Origin: Candidatus Eiseniibacteriota bacterium
GTDB taxonomy: Bacteria; Eisenbacteria; RBG-16-71-46; CAIMUX01; VGJL01
DNA: 64,000 bases
NCBI GenBank assembly: GCA_963792585.1
Contig: CAWBWI010000006.1
Location: 544,001 to 608,000 of the forward strand
Direction: 5' to 3'
The position numbers and the translations under genes are program-made. Of this stretch, positions 58,306 through 64,000 are shown piece after piece. A model generated the notes under the pieces. It saw only the letters and a list, made by a program, of their open reading frames with translations. It did no database searches and was not told where the DNA came from. Each line of letters opens with the position of its first letter. The stretch's first letter is position 1.

Positions 58306-60006
58306 TTAGGGGGATCCTGTCGCCGGAGCTTCCCGCCGTTGAATTACGAGGATTTCATCACCGCCGCAGATCGTATTCCGCTCGATGTGATATTCGGCGA
58401 GACGGTCGAACATTCGCCCGCGCAGTAAGGGGATGTGCCACCCGCCGGTGATGGCCAGGTAGTCGGGTCCCGATTCCCGCCAGAATTGCTCGCGAAGCCG
58501 CGCTTCCTCGGGACCGGACCACGGGGCGCGCCCGAGCGCGCGCAAGAGCGGCAGGAGACGGTGGCTATTGAGGCCCACGAGATCGACGACGCGATGACCG
58601 CCGAAATAACGCATCGCACCCGCATCGCTGACGCCCACGCTGGCCCCCGCGGGGATATTCGCGGCGACCCACCGCGCCGCGGACACCTGGAGATCCTCGA
58701 TGTTGCGGCAATTCCACGCGTATACCGCGCGCATGCGCGCATGCCCCGCGAGTGCCGAGAGGGCCGGAAGGAGAAGGACCGCGCAGAGCAGCGCGAGGCC
58801 TGCCCTGCGCGCGGTTCCCCGGCCCGTCGCGACGCGCCGCTCCAACTCCCGGAGCCCGATCGCGAAGACGAGCAGGAGCGGCGCCAGGCCCGGCAGCAGA
58901 TAGCGCGCGAAGTAGAAGTTCCGCACCGATCCCGGCACGTCCGGGGGCCCCACCTCGCCCATGGGCGTCCCCATCGAGAGGGCGTAGAGAAAGAACCATC
59001 CGAAGAGCCCCACGAGCACGAGCGCCGGCTTTCCGGCGCGCGCGCAGCGCCATGTGCCGAGCCCGACGAGGGAGGCCCCGATAACGGCCCCGGGGACGGC
59101 CACGGTCGTGCCGAGGCTTGAGCCGAAGAACGGCTGGCTCGTGAGCAGCGCGCCGATCCTCTGGAATTGCGCCAAGCTGAAGGGACCGAACCAATGCGCC
59201 TTCGCGTAGAAGGTGGCCGGCAGCGGCCGGCCCGTGGCGACGAGACAGTAGAGGATCCACGGCGCGATCACGCCGAGCGCCGGAATGACGAACGCCGCCG
59301 CGCGCCCCGGGAGGGATGCGGATGCTCCCCCCCGCCTCCCATCGATGGCGACCGGCCAGCAGATGGCCCCGATGATCGCCCCCAGCAGGAGGAAGCCCTC
59401 CGGTCTCGCCAGGATCGCGAGTCCCGTCGCAATCCCCGCGCTCCGGAGACGGTCGCGCAACGCGAGGCCGACGGCGGTCAACGTCAAGAGGACGAAGAGG
59501 GGCACCTCGGTCCCCGACATCGCCGCGAAGGCGAAGGATGGCACGAGCGGGAGAGCGGCCGCGAAGACGACGCCCGCGCGCGGCTCCCCGATCTGCCGCG
59601 CGACGCGATAACCCGCGAGGGCGGCGAGAGCGGTCAGCAGAATGCCCAGCACCTTCGAATACGCAATCGGTGGGATCCCGAGAAGATGCGCCGGGGCGAG
59701 CAGCAAAGCCCAGAGCGGGCTCGTCGATCCGGTTTCCTGCTCGCCGGGGTTGTAGGCGAACGGATGCCCCTGCGCGATCGAGCGCGCGTAGACCTGATGG
59801 ATCCACACATCGTCCAGCGGGACGCTACGCCAGGCATAGCCGGGCCCCGCGTCGTCCGCGGCGAGGTAGAGGATCGACACGATGCCCGACAGGGCGAGGG
59901 CGAGGAGCAACACCCGGATCTCCCCGCGGTCCAACCGAATTGCCCGCATCGCGGCCATCGCGCCCTTCTCCCGCGTCCCGCGCATCGGCCCGAGGCTCCC
60001 CGTCAT
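58306..60006 (-). CDS. Multi-pass membrane protein, probable GT-C glycosyltransferase
   Basis: PLDDVWIHQVYARS, GSTSPLW, SGTEVPL, ARPEG, PATFYAK, DAGA, VDLVGL. Start uncertain. Confidence 0.7.
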   Translation of the reverse strand: MTGSLGPMRGTREKGAMAAMRAIRLDRGEIRVLLLALALSGIVSILYLAADDAGPGYAWRSVPLDDVWIHQVYARSIAQGHPFAYNPGEQETGSTSPLWALLLAPAHLLGIPPIAYSKVLGILLTALAALAGYRVARQIGEPRAGVVFAAALPLVPSFAFAAMSGTEVPLFVLLTLTAVGLALRDRLRSAGIATGLAILARPEGFLLLGAIIGAICWPVAIDGRRGGASASLPGRAAAFVIPALGVIAPWILYCLVATGRPLPATFYAKAHWFGPFSLAQFQRIGALLTSQPFFGSSLGTTVAVPGAVIGASLVGLGTWRCARAGKPALVLVGLFGWFFLYALSMGTPMGEVGPPDVPGSVRNFYFARYLLPGLAPLLLVFAIGLRELERRVATGRGTARRAGLALLCAVLLLPALSALAGHARMRAVYAWNCRNIEDLQVSAARWVAANIPAGASVGVSDAGAMRYFGGHRVVDLVGLNSHRLLPLLRALGRAPWSGPEEARLREQFWRESGPDYLAITGGWHIPLLRGRMFDRLAEYHIERNTICGGDEILVIQRREAPATGSP

Positions 60007-60010
60007 GTCG

Positions 60011-61672
60011 CTACAAGCCCACCAGAATCTGCGCGAGGATGATCTTCGCAATCAGCGCGACCGGATAGACCGCAGCGTAGGAGATGCTCGGACTCTCGCT
60101 TCCGGTGTGGTTGTTCGCGAAGGCGAGCGCGGCGGGCTGCGTGTGGATCCCCGCCATGATCCCGAACGTCGAGATCATGTCGTAGCCGAACCAGCGGTTT
60201 GCGACCAGAACGATCGTGAAGGTGGAGGCCATCGTGATCGCGGCGCCCGTCAGGAGCAGCGCGGGGCCCTGCGAGAGAAACGTTTGCACGAAGCTGTCCC
60301 CGGCGCGCGTCCCCACCCCCGCGAGGAAGAAGAGGATCCCGAGCTGGCGCAGCGTGAGGCTCGCGTTGGCCGGCATCGTCCAGACGATCGGTCCCGTCCG
60401 CCCCAGGCGCCCGAGGATCAGTCCCACGACGAGGGGGCCGCCCGCGAAGCCGAGCCGTAAGATGTGCCCGCCGAAGAAGGGAATCGGGATCATCCCGACC
60501 GCGACGCCCAGCACGAGCCCGAGGCTGAACGAGAGGAAGTCGGCTTCCGAGATGTCTCTCAGAGGGTTGCCGATCACCGTGGTCACACGATCGAGATCCC
60601 CGCGGTGGGTGACGACGCGGACCTGATCGCCGAGCTCCAGCGTTGCGCCCGGGTGCGGCGTGATGTGCACCCCTCCGCGCCGGATTCGGCTCACGATCAC
60701 CGGATGCCCCACCACGCGGCTCAGTTGATCGACCTCGATCCCGACCACCTTGCGGTTGATCACCACGAGGTCGCGGTACTCGATCTCCGGCGAGGACTGC
60801 TCGACCCGATCCTGCACCGACGGCCCGATCAGAAGCTCGGCCTTCTTCACCGCCCCCCGCGCGCCGACGCCGACCAGCACGTCGCCCTCTTGAAGGACGA
60901 CGTCGGGCTCCACCAGCTCGATCCCCTCCCCCCGCTTCAACCGTGTGAATACCATTCCGGTCAGGTCGGTCAACATCGACTCGTCGAACCGCTTGCCGAT
61001 GATCTGCGGATTCGTCACCCGGACCTCTCGGATCAGCAGATCCTCCGTCTGCAGGCCCGCGGAGCGGGTCGCCCGCTCCTCCTCCTTCGCGAAGTTGACC
61101 CGACGGAGCTTCGAGACGATTTGCATCGTGAGGATCACGCCGATCACGCCGAAGGGGTAGGCGATGGAATAGCCGACGGTCGGTCCGTTCAGGCGCAGCT
61201 TCAGGTCGACGGGATCGAGGGCGGAGTTCGCCAGGGTTCCACGCAGCGCCTCCACAGCCGCCGCCAGCGCCGGCGTATTCGTGAGGCTCCCGCAGAAGAG
61301 CCCCGAGGCGACCGGCGAGCTGATGTGCAGCAGACGCACCGCCAGCAGCGAGCCACCCGCGGCGACGAGGGTGGCGATCCCCGCCAGCACGGTGAGGCGC
61401 AGCCATTGCCTGCGGAACAGGTTGAAGAAGATCGGGCCCGATTGCAGCCCGACGGTGTAGACGAAGAGGATCAGCCCGAGGACATAGATCACCTCGGGGA
61501 TCACGAACGCCTTCGGATCGATCGCCCCGAAGACGAGGCCCACGAAGAGGACTGCGGCGATCCCGAGGGTGAAGCCGCCGACCTTCACATTCCCGAGGAA
61601 ATATCCCAGCCCGACGACGGTGAACAGCAGCGCCGGCGACGACGAGGCCAGCAGATCGAAAAAGCCGCTCAT
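60011..61672 (-). CDS. AspT/YidE/YbjL-family antiporter with TrkA-C domains
   Basis: FVYTVGLQSGP, GSLTNTPAL, YSIAYPFG, AGGPL, GIHTQPAAL, YAAVYP. Confidence 0.92.
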   Translation of the reverse strand: MSGFFDLLASSSPALLFTVVGLGYFLGNVKVGGFTLGIAAVLFVGLVFGAIDPKAFVIPEVIYVLGLILFVYTVGLQSGPIFFNLFRRQWLRLTVLAGIATLVAAGGSLLAVRLLHISSPVASGLFCGSLTNTPALAAAVEALRGTLANSALDPVDLKLRLNGPTVGYSIAYPFGVIGVILTMQIVSKLRRVNFAKEEERATRSAGLQTEDLLIREVRVTNPQIIGKRFDESMLTDLTGMVFTRLKRGEGIELVEPDVVLQEGDVLVGVGARGAVKKAELLIGPSVQDRVEQSSPEIEYRDLVVINRKVVGIEVDQLSRVVGHPVIVSRIRRGGVHITPHPGATLELGDQVRVVTHRGDLDRVTTVIGNPLRDISEADFLSFSLGLVLGVAVGMIPIPFFGGHILRLGFAGGPLVVGLILGRLGRTGPIVWTMPANASLTLRQLGILFFLAGVGTRAGDSFVQTFLSQGPALLLTGAAITMASTFTIVLVANRWFGYDMISTFGIMAGIHTQPAALAFANNHTGSESPSISYAAVYPVALIAKIILAQILVGL

Positions 61673-61808
61673 GGACCTCCCCTGGTCTCGCGCCCTCACG
61701 GTCCGACGGCAGGATACGGCAAGGTCCGGAGGCATGCCACCGGCGCGAAAAGCGTCCCCCCCGGCAGAACCGGGGGGGACGGATCGTCATCGGGAGACCG
61801 GGACCGGA

Positions 61809-62798
61809 CTAACGGGGAGAGGTCGCGGACTTCTTCTGCGGCACCGCGCCACCCTCGAGCTTGATCGCGAGCGTATCGAGGAACGCCCCTCCGACGCCGA
61901 GGGTTCGCGCCTGCCGCGCCGCCTTGGCGAAACAGGGACCGATGACCCCGTATCGATTGGCCGTCATCGCGGCGGAATACTGGAGCCGACCGGCGGAGCG
62001 CTGGGTCTCCAGGATCTTGCAGATCCATGCGGTCCACTCCTGCGTGGTCCCCAGCCGCAGCGCCGCCTTGTACGAGCCGTCCAGGGCCGCGCCCGCGCTC
62101 GAGCAGGTCGGGAAGCGGTCGAGGACGATCTTGTAGTTGTCCATCTGGAGCTTGGGGTCGACCCGGACCAGCTCGTGGTACTTCGCGATCCGCATGAGCG
62201 CCCGCTCCGCCTGGGCCGCGCGGTTCTGGGGATCGCGCTCGAGGATCCGGGCACACATCGCCTTCGCATCGGCTTCCCGCCAGCGGAAGAGGTAGCGTTC
62301 CAGGATCGGTTCCATGAGAGGCAACGAGTCGGGATGGGCCGCGAGGGCCCTCTCCATGTCGGGAAGCGGATCGATGCCGTTCTTCAGTTGACCCGCCTCG
62401 TCGAGGAACTTCGCCTTCGTCTCGTAGCCGACGACGCGGTCGATCTCCGTCCCGTCGGGACGGACGAAAACCACACAGGGAAGACCCGTGATCGGATAAC
62501 GCTTGGTCAGATCCGTTCCCGCCGGGGTCGTGCTGTCGATCTTCAGAGGGATCATGTCGGCGGCGAAGGCGGCCCCGTCGGGCGTATTCCAGAACTCCGT
62601 CTCCATGACGATGCACTGCCCGCAGTGGTTCGCCCGCACGTCGACCATGAGGATCCTCTCCGAGGAGGCGGCCTCGGCCAGCGCCTGATCGAGGGTCGCG
62701 TCGCGCCAGACGACTCCCTGCGCGCCGGTCCGCGCCGCGGGCGCCGCGAGCGCGAGCAAGAGGATCCAAACCCTTGTGATTCGCATTCTCGTCATCAT
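61809..62798 (-). CDS. Secreted thioredoxin-fold protein (CGQC) with helical/TPR-like C-terminus
   Basis: Signal peptide, ANHCGQC, ITGLPCVVF, GTEIDRVVGY; ATGA overlap with the tricorn stop. Confidence 0.8.
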   Translation of the reverse strand: MMTRMRITRVWILLLALAAPAARTGAQGVVWRDATLDQALAEAASSERILMVDVRANHCGQCIVMETEFWNTPDGAAFAADMIPLKIDSTTPAGTDLTKRYPITGLPCVVFVRPDGTEIDRVVGYETKAKFLDEAGQLKNGIDPLPDMERALAAHPDSLPLMEPILERYLFRWREADAKAMCARILERDPQNRAAQAERALMRIAKYHELVRVDPKLQMDNYKIVLDRFPTCSSAGAALDGSYKAALRLGTTQEWTAWICKILETQRSAGRLQYSAAMTANRYGVIGPCFAKAARQARTLGVGGAFLDTLAIKLEGGAVPQKKSATSPR

Positions 62799-64000
62799 CC
62801 CCTCGGAAGCTTGGGCGGCGTGCGCCTGGGCTTGTCCTTGAAATCGGGAAGCCGCGGGGGATCCTTCTTCAAGATCTTGAGAATCTCCCCGATTCCGCGA
62901 TCGAGCTGCGGATCCTGACCCGCAGCGTGATCCTGAGGCCGGATCTCGACCTCGATGTCCGGATCGGTGCCGTAGTTCTCGACTCCCCAGCCGACATCGT
63001 TGAACCAGAAGGCGAACTCCGGCTGCGTCGTGATCGCGCCGTCGACCAGCGAGTGCCGCGGCCAGATTCCCGACGACCCCACCCCAGGTGCGCTTGCCGA
63101 TCAGCGGACCGAGTCCGTAGAGCTTGAAGCAGTGGCTGAAGATATCGCCGTCGCTGCCCGCGTACTCGTTCGTGAGGGCCACCATCGCGCCCATCGGCGC
63201 GTCGCTCGGGTACGACTCCGGGGGCCCGTACCGGTTCGCGTCGTAGCCCACCCGCTTGCGCAGCAACTTCTGCAGCAGCAATTGCGAGACGTTTCCGCCG
63301 CCGTTCCAGCGAACGTCGATCACGAGGCCCTCGTGGTCGACCTCGCTCGAGAAGTAGCGGTGGAACTCCGAGAAGCCGAGCGGCCCCATGTTGGGAATGT
63401 GGATGTAGCCGACCCGACCGTTGGTCGACTCGTGGACCTTCCGCCGATTCGTCTCGACCCAGTTGCGATAGCGGAGCATGTATTCGGAGGAAAGCGTGCG
63501 CACCACGATCGAGCGCCGGCGATCGGGCGTGGCCTTGCCGCGCTTCGCGGGGACGGCCTTTCCCGAACGGACCGTGAGGCGGACATCCTGGCCGGCCAGG
63601 TTCGTCAACCGCTCGTAGGGCGAGACGTCGCGATCCACCGGCTGCCCGGCGACCTCCAGGATCTCGTCTCCCGGTGCGAGGTTCAGGCCCGGCGCCGCCA
63701 GCGGCGAGTTCGCGCGCTCCCGCCACGAGTCGCCGCGCGGAATGCGCACGATCCGCCAGGTCGCGGTGCGCGGATCGAGCTCGATGTCGGCGCCCAGGAA
63801 CCCCTGATACCAGGTCGGCTCGGGCCGGTAGTCGCCGCCCATCTCGTAGCAATGCGACGTGCCCAGTTCGCCCTGCATCTCCCACATGAGATCGGAGAAC
63901 TCCGCGCGCGTCGCGACGCGCTGGACGAGGGGCAGGTATCGATCGTGCACGCCCGGCCAGTCGATCCCCGCCATGTCCGGCGTCCAGAACTGGTCGCGCT
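62795..64000 (-). CDS. Tricorn-like S41 protease (PDZ + catalytic domain), C-terminal part; frameshift near 63070
   Basis: GELGTSH, GYIHIPNMG, IDVRWNGGG, AGSDGDIF, GKRTWGG, then VENYGTDPDIEV and DPQLDR in the next frame. Confidence 0.92.

Noticed and set aside
61809..63974. 721-aa tricorn-thioredoxin fusion ORF
   Set aside because: Indel near 63070. The tricorn C-terminus ends at 62795 and the thioredoxin has its own ATG and signal peptide.

Overview
GC-rich, gene-dense bacterial window with no rRNA, tRNA, CRISPR array or mobile element that I could recognise. FlgD/T9SS-like C-terminal domains plus a PEP-CTERM protein suggest an FCB-related lineage such as Eisenbacteria or Latescibacteria (inference). 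In order it holds: the start of a surface-polysaccharide operon with GT-C glycosyltransferases; an archaeal-type topoisomerase VI (top6B-top6A) divergent from a very basic HTH/AT-hook protein; trpS, a two-subunit fumarase, an MFS transporter, an M1 peptidase and an ADP-forming acyl-CoA synthetase; a micropeptide-ArsR-FmdB operon with two UGA+SECIS-like sites; a Cyc2-like cytochrome-porin cluster that includes a CxCH lipoprotein; sdhCDAB; a five-gene putative trans-envelope electron conduit (Fe-S flavoreductase, His-rich membrane protein, 30-heme cytochrome, beta-barrel, 15-heme lipoprotein); a Sec-containing ArsM-like methyltransferase; fba; a PrpD paired with a fungal Lys4-type homoaconitase; a sensor kinase, an AspT-type antiporter and a tricorn protease. 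Many genes between 3.9 and 34.5 kb carry single-base indels, densest in sdh, probably from long-read assembly errors. The best candidates for new biology are the 45-heme conduit, the selenoprotein micro-operon, the Topo VI/AT-hook pair and the PrpD+Lys4 'split aconitase'.
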